Shown: positions 12,065-26,091, counted from the whole stretch's first letter. The stretch is DNA of 63,995 bases, filler included, from Basidiobolus ranarum (GCA_040143965.1; 7 parts of 7 records of this genome joined end to end with filler, not necessarily neighbours in it); one strand, 5' to 3'. Made by a program: numbers and translations. The notes: generated from the letters alone by a model not told the origin.

Positions 12065-12565
12065 AGAGCCAACTCTGGAGGAACCTTTGATATCACAATT
12101 ATATCCATCTTGATATCCGCTAGTGAATCGTGATGACTTGTTATTAAAAATAAAAACCACTCATCTTATCTGACTAGCAAATGCTGCACCTTCTTGTCAA
12201 TTCATTAATCTTGCATATCATTTGTAAATCTGTAGTCATTCTATCAGTTTAGGAACTAAATCAAATAATGGGATGCTCAGAAGCCCATGGTAATGATCTA
12301 TCAATAGATTTCAAGGATTCTGATGTCAGAACACATAGGGTTCCCTTCCATTTCGAAAGCTACAAAAAGTAATGTATCTCCATGGTTTTTTTAACCCTAC
12401 TTTGATACCATTCCTTTAAATCCATTAAGAATGTTTACCAATTGTACCATTAAAAAATGTTAGGCTACTTGGATACGTAATAAACAAGTACAGATCTTAA
12501 TAATCATCATTTTTATTTTATATTGGCAGCTGGCATTTGTAACTAAAATCTATATGTAAATATGC

Positions 12566-12724
12566 AATATGTGCACAAAGTTTGGGGCTTCTAGGACAAG
12601 CTCTCAAAATGTTCAAAGTCAATTCCTCTTGAGAATAGTGGGTGCTATCTTAGTTCAATATGGAATAACTAAATATTAAGCTATATATGCCTATATAGAT
12701 GCTTAGGCTATGCCAATTTCAACA
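12566..12724 (+). mobile_element. partial LTR family A (3' half)
   Basis: GTGCACAAAGTTTGGGGCTTCTAG...AATTTCAACA matches the 3' half of 7670-8016. Confidence 0.8.
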
Positions 12725-12729
12725 ACTTC

Positions 12730-13500
12730 CATAAGCAATCCTCTATCTGCAATTTACTCTGACTCCTTCAAATATCTCTTGAACATTGCTTAATTCACTC
12801 TATACTAGTTTGTTCTTATAGTTGGACCACTATGAATACAGTTTCGTTCACTAGTTAGGGATTTCACCAAGTTAGGAATAATTCCAAAAAGATCTTTACA
12901 GAACTGACCATCTCTGTAAGTACTATAACAAATATTCTCTCTAACAATAATAGGAGGATATAAACTAGCGAAATTCATACAAGCACAATTCTCATACATT
13001 CCAGAACATAACCCTAATTACTTATCAAATACTCTTGCTGAAACAGTGATATAGGTAGTTTTTTATTCAAAGGTTACTTTTCTACCATTGAAATTAGCAT
13101 TGCCTAAACACCTATATAGTCATATATAGCTTAGTATTTAGCTATTCTATATTGAACTAAGATATCACGCATTATTCTCAATTGGAATTTACTTAGAAGT
13201 TCTCAGATATATAGACTTTTAAAAGTAGCCCCAAACTTTGCACACTTGTTCCTGGGACCTTCTTCAACACATTCCACACGTTAGTTTGTTTACACCTTGA
13301 CAAAACTATAAATGTCAACCGAATACTCAATAAAGCAATAAGTGAAAACCACCAACTTCTCTATTTCTCCAAACCACTTCCAACAGGCTCCCAAAATACT
13401 TTAACATCTACTTCACTGCCTCCCACTATACCATGATTAAGCAAATTGAATACCTACATTGTCAACTAAAGGAACTAGACTGGTTGCATTTTCACTAGCT
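12730..13500 (-). pseudogene. fossil family-B DNA polymerase fragment, interrupted by a solo LTR
   Basis: GMYENCACMNFASLYPPIIVRENICYST...GIIPNLVKSLTSER matches PolB region II (DFxSLYPSIIxxxNICxST). Colinear remnants: VPL and VFNLL (13439-13475), GYVLE (12999-13013), VFIV (12828-12839), KLQIE (12741-12755). Confidence 0.75.
13086..13406 (-). mobile_element. solo LTR family A with perfect 5-bp TSD TCTAC
   Basis: TCTAC at 13081-13085 and again at 13407-13411 flank a full LTR copy. Confidence 0.92.
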
Positions 13501-14849
13501 TCTGTTGGACTTAAGAAATAAGTAGTAATATGATGTTGAGACATCGAGTATTCTTCTATAACTGATGATTATTTATTATTTTAATGTGTAGTAAATGCAT
13601 AAAGTCAAGCTCCATGAGGGTTATCAGTTGAATATGCCAACTTCTAGGTCCAAAAGAGGCTGTAAGGGAAAGAAACGTGGACACCTGTATATTCAAACAG
13701 ATCATTGTTGAATAATCTCACAGCTCAACTTGATAGTTAATCCATCCCGGATAAGCCAAGGTGAGATGGTTCTATTCGAATATGCTTCATCCAATATAAG
13801 TTGCCATCTGTTTATGAATCATCATTCATGAAAGTCACTCCACATTTGAAACATCAACTCTGATCCATGTAAAATCACCCCTGATAGATTAGGTAAAGCG
13901 GTCGTCGTTGGTGACAGATCCTTGAAATAGTGTCTACTCTACCAATCCCTAACTTTGCCAAGAAAACTATTGGGTGATAGTGCTTAAAGCAAGAAAAAGC
14001 CAAGAATACGAAGAATCTGGTCAATACACTGGCTATCTTCTCATATCCTGTCCCGCACATCGAATTACGCTCTAGGAACGTTTCTCAAGGTGAAGCAGTG
14101 GCACACAGCTAATGACAAGTAAGGTAACTGTCGGAATTATACAGGCATCATACTCTATGGCACAGCAGTAGCTCCACACAAATTCCTCATTCCCTTAAAA
14201 TCCTTCAAATATCCCAAAACCCAATCCAGTAGAACAACTGAAACTAGGAATTCCCCCATCAATACTAGCAAAACAATACGAGCAACCTCATACAGAAAAC
14301 ACTGTCTCATCTCCACTAATACTCCTGATAATTTAGAGCTACGATTTGCACACCTCACTATCCCACCCTACACACTGTTGGTTGAAACCTCCTTACGTAC
14401 TCCAATACACAGTCTGCAGCTTTTCGTACAAAACCCTCATTCACAAAAGCATCTCTAGAAAGCGCAGGGAACAGCCCGCCAACTGCTAGTTGAGAATCAT
14501 ATGAGAATAAGGTAGAATGGATGCATTGAGAAATCAGTACTAGTGCAGTGATAGGAAGAAAAGCGACCTTCATTCCACGATCATCTAAACGAATCAAATA
14601 CATGAGCAAGGTCGCTCCAAATACGCTACAGGGATCAAGAACTTGATAAATATGCATTACAAGCAGTGCTCACTCGCAGTGTTATTCGGATAAATTGTAG
14701 CTAACTGTTTTCAGACTGCAAATATTCTCAGGTTCCTTTGGTTAAAAAAAATCCGAGCAAACCTCGTCACGATAAGGTTTTGCAGAATTATTTTTCATTT
14801 TAATGCATGAAAGCGCAGCCCTACTTGGGATTGATACCAATTTGCTGAG

Positions 14850-15330
14850 TGGTTTCATGATGCTTTTGGTAATTCAGGATCGACTGGGTGAGCACAGAGT
14901 ATACATATGGCCTGGTCACACAAGGGTATTGGGTAATAGCATGTACCTCAGGTGGATGCTTAAAAAGGCGATGTCTCTGTCTATTTTAAATCTACGGACA
15001 ATATGCGCAATTAAGGCAATGGTTTTATTGGATTCTATTGATTAAGCTGAGAGCCAGTCTCATCGATTCAGACCATTTCCGTATTTGGTTAAAGAATTAT
15101 GTCAACAGAGGCCTGATGGGGTATTTCCACTCTGGATTTGGCCACTCGTGTGTACGGTAATTAATGGCTCGGGGAATACTTCTGCTTAATTGCTGCCCAC
15201 CTATTTGGTAGAATAGACTTACCGGCCAAATGAGGGCTGAGCGCATTGTAGAGATGTAGAGGATCTAAGGCATGGCGGTGGGCTTCCTCAAGGCTGTCTC
15301 GTCTGGAAGTTAGCTACGCCTGGTCGTACA
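14850..15330 (+). pseudogene. decayed non-LTR retrotransposon RNase H / C-terminal fragment
   Basis: WPGHTRVLGN...LKKA resembles the RNase H motif WxPGHxGxxGNExADxLAK; downstream LLPT...C...EDxxH-like remnant. Confidence 0.45.
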
Positions 15331-18300
15331 TTGCTCTGGATTAGCTCGTGTAGGATCCATCGTAAACCTGTTCAGACAATCGAAATGGACTGGCCAATAT
15401 CAAACAAACAAACGAAGCTCAATCATATTGTTTAGGAAATTCTGAGGAAATCACTGAGGCACCATTCAGGTTTGCAGCCCTCATTATTTCCCATACATTC
15501 ATCAGGAAATTGCTGTAAAACCTTTCACACCATAGCTACCAACTTCTAAACTGGATGTGTATCGGACTTTGATCTCCACATCTGGTTATTGTCGCATCAT
15601 GCCTTGATCCTGGCAAGAGGCTTCTATAATGACGGAGAATTTTCTGAAACGGGCCATTTCCGCTTCACATGAGTAAGGTTCCCACCAAATGGTACACTCT
15701 TGCAGGTGATGGGGGTACTCAAGATCAATGCGCCAACTTGGCATGTTTCTGTGGGTGATGTGTTGAAAATCATTTCTGGCCTTAAAGCTGCACAATTTGT
15801 GGAAGCAATGTTCTCATGACCGTCCCATCTGGCCATTGTTTGGGCTATTAGGTGCACACATGGCTCCTAACTTCTTGATTTCATATTAACCCATCTAGAA
15901 CTAATGATGCCATGATAATCTAAAGAGCTATTGCCGTATGCGGATGGGAGTTATTGTTATGGATCTTGAATGTACATAAACGTATTGCATGGTGTACGAG
16001 ATGTAGAACCACGTTAGTCAGTTTCGCAATGGAATGTCCCTTAAAGTATCCTATTTGAACGACCCGAGCATTCTGCGTCACCTGTATCAATCAGACAAAC
16101 ATATATGATGATCTCGACTTCCGGTGTAGGTTGACAAGGTTCAGGTCTAAGATCCAATTTGTCCCACTTTTTCCAACCTCTGCAGTATTCCTCAGATGAT
16201 GAGATCATGGGAAAGGAAACCGGACTATAGTTGCTAGTCTCAAATTGAGGTGTTTGTCATGTTTAGGTTAGTGGCAGGCGGCCGCATAGGGGATATTATG
16301 ACGAAGCCATCTGAATTCACCAGTCTTCCTCACCATCTCGTGAGCAAGGAAGACTTACTCTACAATTATGTTTAGGGGTCAATTGAGAATATGATCGGTC
16401 ACTTGTAGCGTTCCAAATGCTTACGAAAATAATTCACCTTGTTACAGCAAATCTTTTGCTCCACTTTAATTGAGCCACAAGACGTTGTCTTACTCTGCAT
16501 GAATGTCTACTGAGCTGTCTCTCACTCTCGTTATTGAAGTAAGGTGAAACTTATTTACTTTCCACTTTAGTGGTATTGCTTCCCCTCTTCAAATGTGCAG
16601 AATCACAGTGGATCCTGTCTCAAACGAATCCCAACAACCACTGGGAGCCTACAATGCAATCTGCAATCCTTACTGCACTGACAACATCGGGGATTCATGG
16701 TCTGTTTATTGTTTAGAATGCTTGTTAAATGGGCGCTAACATACAAACAATAGGCACTAGCTAACGAGGTTGTGTAGACCTGTTATGTGCACTCTTTACG
16801 ATGACCTCCTGCAAAGTCTGGATAGATTAGTAGATGTATAGTCTGTGCTTTTGCTGCTCGCATAGCATAGTACTCTAAGGAATCCCGTTGTTTATACTTG
16901 CTCTCTCCTCCCCCTAACCTTACATCCATATCATGACTCTCCGCCTTTTTCTATATTGGATAGAACTACGAATGAAGTGAAGCTTAAAATATGCGTAGAT
17001 GGATGAGGTCTGAGGCAGATGCTATGCAGAGCGTTTTCAAAAATAGCCTTTTTACAAATTACAGAAATGGGCCCACAAATTAGTACGCCTCAAGCAAATT
17101 TGATCAACTAAATCATGATGACAAATCCAAGATAATTATGGTTTTGGTTCAGAGGATCTAACATCATTGGTACTTCTATTTACGTACGATGTGCACATTT
17201 GTGATGATTTGGGATATTTCCGAATGGTTGATGAATAAGAAACGGACCTTGCTAAAATGGACGATTCAATTGATTTGTTTATGTAATTTAGCATCGTCCT
17301 ATGGTGGGATCACTAATTTGTACGCTATTTCAATTTAAGTGAAGGGCTGTCCATGTACTCTGGTTACCTTCTGTTACTGTACTTCTGCCCCACATTTGAT
17401 TCATCGTTCAACCAGTTTGTGTAGCCTTCAAATCTGGTCTTATCTCTTCTTCTGCGTATGACTAGAAACTTGTATACTAGCCATATTTCGACTTAATTTG
17501 GTCATTTCCAATTGAATTCTCTTCCGCACTAGTAAGCAGGTGAATCTGTTTGCGAATAGATTATTTGACACGTATTCTTGTTTCTGGTCACTGTTTGTTG
17601 GTAATTTCGTAGAACATAGGGATTACTTTGTTAGGATGATTGAAATAAAACCCGGAGCACCCCCCTGTCCGTTGTGAACTGAAGGGTAAATGAGGCTGAG
17701 AATAAGACATGTTCTCAGAAATATATTCGAACGGAGTGTCCCAAATAGCCTCAGAAATCACCTTACATGCAACCATATTGAAGATACAAACACTTCTGGA
17801 CGAATGAAAGCATCCAGCCATGATTTAAAATAGTTACACATCAGCCCATCCATTGTAGTCAAGCTTTTTCCAAGCCAAAGTGAGCCAGCTGGGGTGGCAC
17901 ACGACCCATTAGGAAACGATGAATTATACAATAGTCAACAATAGACGCCATTTCCTTCGAAAAAGTGGTGGGATTTGGGAATTCGGTTGGAACGAAGATT
18001 CATCACAATAAAGTTTATCATATTTGGGGAATACCCCTTCCCCGTATTTCATATGGATGCCGTTGGTCGCTTTGGATCCATCGTAAATCTATTTCCGACA
18101 TCATACCAATACCACCGTTGATCCCAACATCCTCTTTCAACTTCCCTCCCCCCTACTGTGACCCAGATGGTTATTCATACCGATGTACCCATTCTCAAGC
18201 CGTACAATGATCCCCTCTGGTGCGCGGGATTGGAGGGGATCGATGCTCATCTATTTACACCACCCACTTAGTTGATTTCCTTATGAGATATCTTCTGGGC

Positions 18301-18410
18301 AGATGATCTCTTGTTGATGTACGAAAACCGGGATGTGGGCGCTGCTCAAGTGAGTTTTTCATGAATTTCCACCACTTTCATTGGAACGCTTTACATGGGT
18401 GATGTCAAGT

Positions 18411-18510
18411 NNNNNNNNNNNNNNNNNNNNNNNNNNNNNNNNNNNNNNNNNNNNTTAATTAATTAANNNNNNNNNNNNNNNNNNNNNNNNNNNNNNNNNN
18501 NNNNNNNNNN
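18411..18510. other. artificial contig linker
   Basis: N44-TTAATTAATTAA-N44. Confidence 0.99.
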
Positions 18511-20045
18511 ATTTGGTTGGTAGATCATCGGTAAAATAAAACGTACCATGTTCAGTCTTTATGACACTAGCCGAAAGAGGAGCAGTGTTTTCTGCTACAG
18601 ATCCATTACTTTTACCATTGGTGCTGTGTGTAGATTCTTTCTCCACGACTTCACCGCTTTCGACGCTTCTTGACTCCTGGCCGGTCATCTTTTTGGGAAT
18701 TCTATAACCTCCAAGAGACGAAGAATCTCTAGGCGCTCTAGGTTTTCGTGTGGTAGGTGTTGAAGCATTGTCATTTGATGGGGTGTCTTTAGCGCTAGCA
18801 CTGGATCTAGCCAAAGAGCTAGACTTAGTGGCAACATTTCTTGATGAGTTACGTGAATCGGTAGGTGAGTCTCTTGGGGCCTCAGCAATCCTCCTCCGAG
18901 AATAATCCTTTTGATGGATCTCCTCGGCTGCCTCAGTAGCTCCATTGTTTTTATCACGATCAGGTGTAGCTTCTGACACTGATTTTGGTAGAACCAATCC
19001 GTTTCTTTCGGGGGCATCTGGAGGTAAATTAAGTCCATCAAATGCCTTCAAGGCATTTAAGGAAACTGCTTCTTTTTCTTTCGCGGAATACGCCTCCCAA
19101 TCCTTTATTTTCACCTCTTTAAATGATTCTGCTTTCAAAGACCAAATATCGCCTGTTACCGTTGCCACCTTCAATAAAATCGTGATCAGACAAATGATCT
19201 ATCACTTCGTAAAACCATTATGATTACTAACCGAATTTAACGTCTTAATCAATTCATCTTTTGGTACTTTCATCGTCATGGCTAAGTTTCCTTGAGCCAT
19301 CGGATTGATGGCTAGTAGCTGAAGAATCCGTGTACGTAGTGGGATATTACTACTAGGCTTTCCGCTATCTTTTGAAGAGGTTGCAGAAGGTACAGAATGA
19401 GTAGCGGAGGTGGGTGCTAAACGTCTGGTAGTAATAGGTGCAGTTTTTAACTGAGTAGGTCTTTTCATCCTTTGTGGTTCAACTAAAACAAATGATATCT
19501 TGTTTAATCCGAGCTATAGTAATTAGTATAAATCGTATCAAAAAATCACCTTCTTTATTATCTTTATTGAGAAGGAGGCTCCTAAAGAGAGTTGGTTAGA
19601 TAACTAAACCTTTGAAAGAATTTTCAACAATAAAACTATCACTTACTTTCTTGAGTCCAGTCTTCCAGTAGTTCTTTCTTTTGTTTTTTCCCCTATCTCT
19701 CTTCTAACTGTCAGTTTATGCGTCATGTAACCAATAACTTGTAAATTTTCGGAAGAGTTGGTTTGTTGATATACTTCAACTGGTTGCGTTTCATCTACTT
19801 TATTGTACTCAAAAGCGGTATTTCCAAACCGAATTTTCTTGAAAAATAAAGGAAAATATTGAATATGAAAGAAATTAACGCGAAATAGAACGTAGGCTTA
19901 CCTGATCTGCACCAAACTGTATTTTGATGGATTTTTCTTTGGAATGAGTTAATAGTTCTAACAAATCCTCTGAAAGTCTGATTGACATAACCCTACGCTT
20001 GTTAGGGTTAAGTGTGTTCAGAGTGACTTTAGAATTGGTAATCAT
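18511..20045 (-). CDS. ELL: RNA polymerase II elongation factor ELL homolog, multi-exon, 3' end cut by contig end
   Basis: ATG at 20045 (MITNSKVTL...IRLSEDLL...IQFG); ELL winged-helix-like segment PLRTRILQLLAINP...VA...WSLKAESFKEVKIKDWEAYSAKEKE; low-complexity linker follows. Confidence 0.75.
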
Positions 20046-20573
20046 TGTTTTCGTTTGATCAATTAGTTCAAAGGAAATCTAAGGATTTAGTGTATGCTCA
20101 ATGAAAGTTGTATATTTATAATCTGTGGTTCAATCAAGGCAAGTGTTTAAGAGTTATTACGCTTATACTTGCACCTATTTACAACAATAAGTAGTTTTGT
20201 GAAGGATTCGAGAGGAATGGTATATCACTACACTTAAATCTACCCTGAAATTTCAATTCTTTATTGCCAATCATATCTTTCTATTCATTGGTTTAATATT
20301 ACAACGGTTACTTGGAATTCGATAATATTCATTGGATTAAAATTATCCGTATCTAATAAATATCTGATTTCGAATTGGTGAACATAAACTTAAAGACGGG
20401 TGGATAAAGCTCATCATGTATCTCTTCATAATCCAACGAAGGCTTGAAAGATAATAATTGAAATGTTTATTATTCAATGTGGGAGGGGAAAATAATGTCA
20501 TGTCATGTCATGGAAGGCGGCTTTTTAAGTACAAAGAGAAGATATAACCGAAGTCTAAGTACATCATTCTCAA

Positions 20574-21204
20574 TTATCTGTAAATTGGATTGGCTTTCAA
20601 ATGAATTGGAGTTTCTCCTTCAGGAGTGCCCGAGACGTTCTTTTCAAGTCCCTATAAAATCAAGGAAAGTCTCAATACATATGCTACTAGTAGTGCTCTT
20701 TGGTTTCTGAAAATCAATCAACTTACAAGCTTGTTAAATACACATTCATTCAACTTCCTCTCTTGCCCACGACAGGCATAATACTCGAAATCATTGTTAT
20801 CCAAGCAAGTATAATGGCTTTCAAACTCTTTACCACAGTTTTCTTTCATCTTTTTAAGGCTAAATATGAAATAAAGTTAGTTTTCAAGACTTGATAAACT
20901 AGTATTATCGAAAAGGGCGGTAAGAAATCTTGGAATAAATGGAAAGTTTGGGGACTTACAGATCAACAACGCAACGAGTAACCTTTCTGCCTTCCTTGAG
21001 ACAATGTTTAGGATCGTTATTCTCGGCCTTGCAAAGCATAAAGTCTTCGTTATAGTCCTTGCAGTAAGCACCAATAAAGAAAGCGGCCGAAGTTAAAGGA
21101 GCTGAGGTGGCACCAACTTCAGGTACCGAAGGTACCTCCGCAGGCATCGACATCGGCTCAACAGAGCTAATAGTGCAAAGGTCGGGATTTCCGGGAGCAG
21201 CCAT
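20574..21204 (-). CDS. NDUFA8: NADH:ubiquinone oxidoreductase subunit NDUFA8, 3 exons
   Basis: EVGATSAPLTSAAFFIGAYCKDYNEDFMLCK...CLKEGRKVTRC; exon 2 has further CX9C motifs; ends PIHLKANPIYR*. Confidence 0.93.
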
Positions 21205-22041
21205 TTCAACTATGTATGTATTTTCAAGTTATAATAAAAAACCAGGGGAAACAGAGAATTTGATGGTTCAGTAATTCGAAGATGTCAAATTGAGCAAAAT
21301 AGCAAGTATACAAAAGGTTAAAAAACACGTAAAATATAAGGAGAGTTCAAGGGAAGAGAGAAAGAAAAGAAAGGTTAGTTCAAATCCAATAAAAAAAGTT
21401 CACATTCTACAAAAGAGATTACGAAGACTTACCCAACAAAGAACTCTTAGAGAAAGTTTCCGACTCACGAAGATTGTAAAGTTTCCAATAGCAATCTCAC
21501 CAATTCTTAACCCCATCTCATTTCTCAATTCCCCAAGGTTAATCATCCTTGGGACGGGGTTTTTTTCTAACCATTTCAATTTTTTCTCGATTAGATTTCC
21601 CATTTATATATCAAAGTAGTTTAACCTGTATTCCCCAGATAAAATCTACTATACAGATGGATATAATAGTCAGTGGCATATAGACCGCACACACGCAATG
21701 GTAAATTGTGAATAAAATTCCAATGTTTATCTATTATGCGATCAGGCATTGCATTCTCTCCTCAACATTGTGCATACAAAAATGGAAATGAAAATTCAAC
21801 AAGTAGACTAGAATCCTATTCCAATGTAAATTAAAGCTATAATGTGGTAGTAAAGTAATAAGGTAAATATTTGGGTTCAAAAGAAGAGAACACGAATAAA
21901 TTAATCGATTCCAGAGCTGAAATACATGAACGAAACGGAGTAATATCAGCCTGCGCTTGTTGTAAAGAGGCAAAAATATGTAGCTGGTTCATGATCAAAT
22001 CTTGAGACTAGAACGCCTACTGCCTATTGCTTAGAAGCAAT

Positions 22042-25000
22042 CTAGGTAGTTGGACTATTCGGCGACTCGTTCGCATCCTTAGAAACACTGAGGACAGTAT
22101 CTCCATCAACAATGGGATCAGGTAAATGCGTTGTCTGTTGATCAACCTCTACCCTCTCAGGAATCTGGATTGAATCTTCATGTTCGTATTCTTCGTGGGG
22201 CTCCATTTCATTTGGGGTTTCTTCGCTTTCGTCTTCCAGAGAATTCAACGAAGGTTCCATCTCATTGTCTCCACTCGAGCCTCCAGATGGATGAACCAAA
22301 TCATAAACATCCTCTTCATACTCCCCACTAGTTGGTCTCACTATTAGGGTTCAAATCATATAGGTTAGATACGTGATGAGTGTGTTAATATTGAAGAGAG
22401 GAGAATAAATGTACCTTGTAACCCTATCTCCATTTTGACCATATTCTCAGGTGCTGCACCAGCATAGATAATACTGTTACGGTTATTTCTGCCGGCCCTA
22501 TCTCTCAAAATAGAACGAAATTGGGGGTTTTTAAATTTTGATATTGAAGCGGCAAATTGCAACTCATCAAAGCTTTGGGCCTCTTCTTGTGAGTCGGGTT
22601 TCGTAAATATATCTGATATACTTGAGGGTTCAGCAATGCCAGTCTCGTCAACGAGAGCTTTTGTTTGCGGGTTGCTTTCTTGAGGAGCTACAGGAGGCTC
22701 TTCTAAATCGTCTTCTTGGTCACTATCATCAATGGTTCTAGGAGCAGCGAAACCTTGATCATTTACCGAAAAGATATACTCAAACTCAGTCATCAAAAGA
22801 TTGAATACTCCAGCAGGAATACCCAAAGTTGGAGAAAATACTATCCCAACATTACGGACTGTCATCTTGTTGATGTCCGAATGCTGAACGATTCGGATCA
22901 AATGGGCAATCAGGCATCGTAAAAGGGAGTAGTTGGCTAAGGGTAAAGTGGATACTAATCGTCCGAGTTCGTTAACTCGCTCTTTGCGGTTCAATAAATC
23001 TATCAGTCAAAAAGATTAATACGCATATCGATATTCTGATTACAAACATGTACACACCAATTACGTGCAGGAAATCTTGGTGCAACTCATGTGTCAAGAC
23101 ACTGGTCGGCAATTCACGTAAATATAGCTTGAGTAAGCCGGCAATAGCATGGACATCATAGTAAACTCCTGATCCCAGCAAGTTAATATCCACTTCTAAT
23201 TTGTGCGTTTAAGTAAGAAATTAACTTGTATCGATATAAGTGATTTAATGTTAAAATACCGTGATCGAATTTCTCTCTTAGTATTTTAATCGCAGCGGAG
23301 CTACCAGATAAGCGATATATTCCCTCCTCTTTGTGAGCTATATGGGGGTTAGTTTAAGTTGGAATATGGGTCTACAAATGAATCAACAAACATACCTAAT
23401 TTCGCATCCAGGTACTCGATACAACGATATACTACGGCGGGTAATTCATATCCATCTTTAACACGAGATATTTCAACGGCTCTTTCAAGAGGAACTCCAA
23501 ATACTGGAGCGGAGTGTACTTTGCTTTTACTGTCTTTTTAACCAATGGGAACTTGTCTTAGATTATTAATATTAACGAGTATAAATAATGATAAAGAGGT
23601 CTTACCACCGCTGCTGCTAGAAAAGATTTTCTTTCCCCAATGGAAAGTCATCCGACCTCCCTTCTTAGGTTCTTTGTCTTTGTTTAACTTGGCCTGAGCA
23701 TTGCTGATCAAATTTCCGGCAAATGGTTTCTTGAGGAAATTTGGCTGAGGTAGCCCACTAGTTCTTGAAGTAGGTGAGACGGGCTGTTGGTCTAACACGG
23801 AACTATCTTTCGGAGCTGTGGAGGAGGAGGCGATTGATAATCCCGAGGGGTTAGTGGGTGGATCTTTTAATGAGGTGCTTTTCCGATGAGTCTTCAAAGT
23901 GTCGGGGGCATCCCTTATGATGGCACTGGGGTTTGTATCAATATTGGGTAACCCTTTTTGAACAGATGTAGATGTTGGCTGAGAAGAGGCTTGAGCGATT
24001 GGGTTTGCCGGCGCAGAAGCTTGAGATTGCTTCGTAGAATCAACCCTAATAAATTTCTTTAATTTATCCTTTGTCTTGTTCCCATTCTCTGCGTTTAAAT
24101 CTTGTGGTGAAACTGTTGGTAAAGTTGGAGATGGAGTTACGGATGGGGTTTTTCCAGGCGAAGTGTAGACTAATAGAGAGGTCACCCATTCGTCGCGTTC
24201 TGCATCGCTATCAGCACAGAATATGTGGCGATGTACTCCAATTCCATTTTTCTTTGGCTCTACTATCATGAAAGCATGGCGATAGGAATCATCACCCAAA
24301 TCCATATTGGCTGATTGTTTGGAAATTTGGCAATTCGAAAGCTTTATAGATCCTAAGTTATACCCATCCTTGCTTTCGAAATAATTGAGAATTGGACTTT
24401 TTAGTGAAAAATATCTACGCTTCCATCCCCCAAAATTCTTCCCTTTCTTGGTCAGATACCCCTCCTTGATTCCATTGATTTTCTCCTGTCTTCTTGGACG
24501 TTGAGTGAGATTAGTTGAGAAGAACTCGCATACATCACGTGTATCTACCATATTCAAAACAATAAGATGTTGAAGATATTGCTGTAATGCTAGTTTTCTC
24601 TGGTCGACTTTCGATGGTGCATGAGTGGCAAAAAGATTTTTATCAGGAAGTTTCCCAATTTGATTCACAATGTCTCGAGGTTGTGTTACTTTAAGCTTGT
24701 GATAAAAAATACGATGTTTAGCATTAATTGAATAAGCCTGGCTTCCTTGTAAACATGCTTACCTTGGCATCTAAAGCAAGAAAATCAGAGTATAGTTTCT
24801 CGATCGTCCATAATTCCACCTCTCCCGAAGCTTCTTTCTTCAGAAGAGCAATCAAGAACACCAATACCTCCTTTCCTTTCGAATTGACCTTTACGGTAGA
24901 GCCATTGACTTTTACATCCACTCCAGAAAGAGATCTCAAGCCAGTTAGATCGACTAATGGTTCAGAGCTTTTTCCTGTATTTGATAAACCAAGGTTTTGG

Positions 25001-26091
25001 CTCGAGTCATCCCCCATTTTAGAAATAGGTTCAGTTTGTGCCGTAGTAGTAGAGGATAAATCTTCACCTTGCTGCTCAACTTTCATAAAGTTGGAGCCAT
25101 CATGAGCTTTGTATTCTCCATCTTTATCAAAATCTTGGCCCATATCCAGACTTTCACTTTCCGCTCCTGATAGTCCTTGATCCGATGTAGAAGAAATGCT
25201 ACTTTCTGATATATTCAACTCGTTCATTTGACTTAAGTCTATTTGCTCATATGATTTTTGCTCTGAAAGCGCTTGTGATTCTGTAGTATTACTTGGTTCG
25301 ACGAGAGTTTCGGTTTTCAAAGCGTTAGCCTCAACGGGGGCCTAATAAGACAATAATTCAATAAGTATATCATATTTAATAATTACACACATTATCTTAA
25401 CTACCTTTTCATTTTCCCCACTTGCATCAACACTTGGGTGTTTATCGTAGGCAATTTGAACTTCAGTGTTTTGAGCGATCGTAGTAATAGGCTCCGCGCC
25501 ATGTTCAACAGTAGTGGAATTGGTATTTAAAAGTAGACCAGTAGAAGGATCAACAGAACTCTTTCGTTCTGACGGAGGAATTTCGCCAAGAATATGTGCC
25601 GGAGTATCAGGGTTAATGAGCGTTTCCGTATCTTCAGGGCTGCAATCATTTACCTGAGAAGATAAGTGTGGTTCACCATTTAAATCATCAACAGGAAATA
25701 TCGAGAGATTTAAAGCATTTTCGTTTTGAACTCGACTTTCTGACGCGGCAAAAGACTCAACAGGGATGGAACTAGGTTGACTAGCATGAATATCATATTC
25801 TTTTTTCAGAGTGGTTATGGTGGTATCAGTTTGAAATAAAGTTTCGTCAACTGAATCTTGCGAATTCCATCTTTCTGACAGTTGAGTTTTTAACAGTTCA
25901 TTATTCTTTGTAGAAATAGCTTTCAGTTGATGAATTATGAGACGTTGTTTCTCGATGATTTTCCATAATTGACCATTTTGAGTTCTGAGTGCGTTTCTTT
26001 GAGCTATAACTTGACGTAGATAGGATTCTGTAGTCATATCAGGAGGTACTTCACACTCAAGTTGTATTTGTTGCAAAGCATCTGACGCCAT
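22042..26091 (-). CDS. Bem3-like Rho GTPase-activating protein (coiled coil, PX, PH, RhoGAP), multi-exon
   Basis: PX: EKLYSDFLALD, LPDKNLF, RKLALQQYL. PH: KEGYLTKKGKNFGGWKRRYF. RhoGAP: EGIYRLSGS, DVHAIAGLLKLYLRELP, NKMTVRNVGIVFSPTL. Confidence 0.9.

Noticed and set aside
13086-13087. LTR terminus variants TG/CA/TA suggesting an ancestral CG end
   Set aside because: Three copies have the canonical terminus, and there are too few copies to infer a non-canonical end
15500-18410. Coding-like, stop-riddled stretches on the minus strand
   Set aside because: Probably pseudogene or TE debris, but I could not recognise any family
18455-18510. ORFs extending into X runs (also 46138-46350 and 55148-55348)
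   Set aside because: Artefacts of the N/TTAATTAATTAA linker
21290-21973. ORFs 21290-21619, 21400-21603 and 21734-21973
   Set aside because: Low-complexity UTR/promoter sequence between the Bem3-like gene and NDUFA8; no protein-like features
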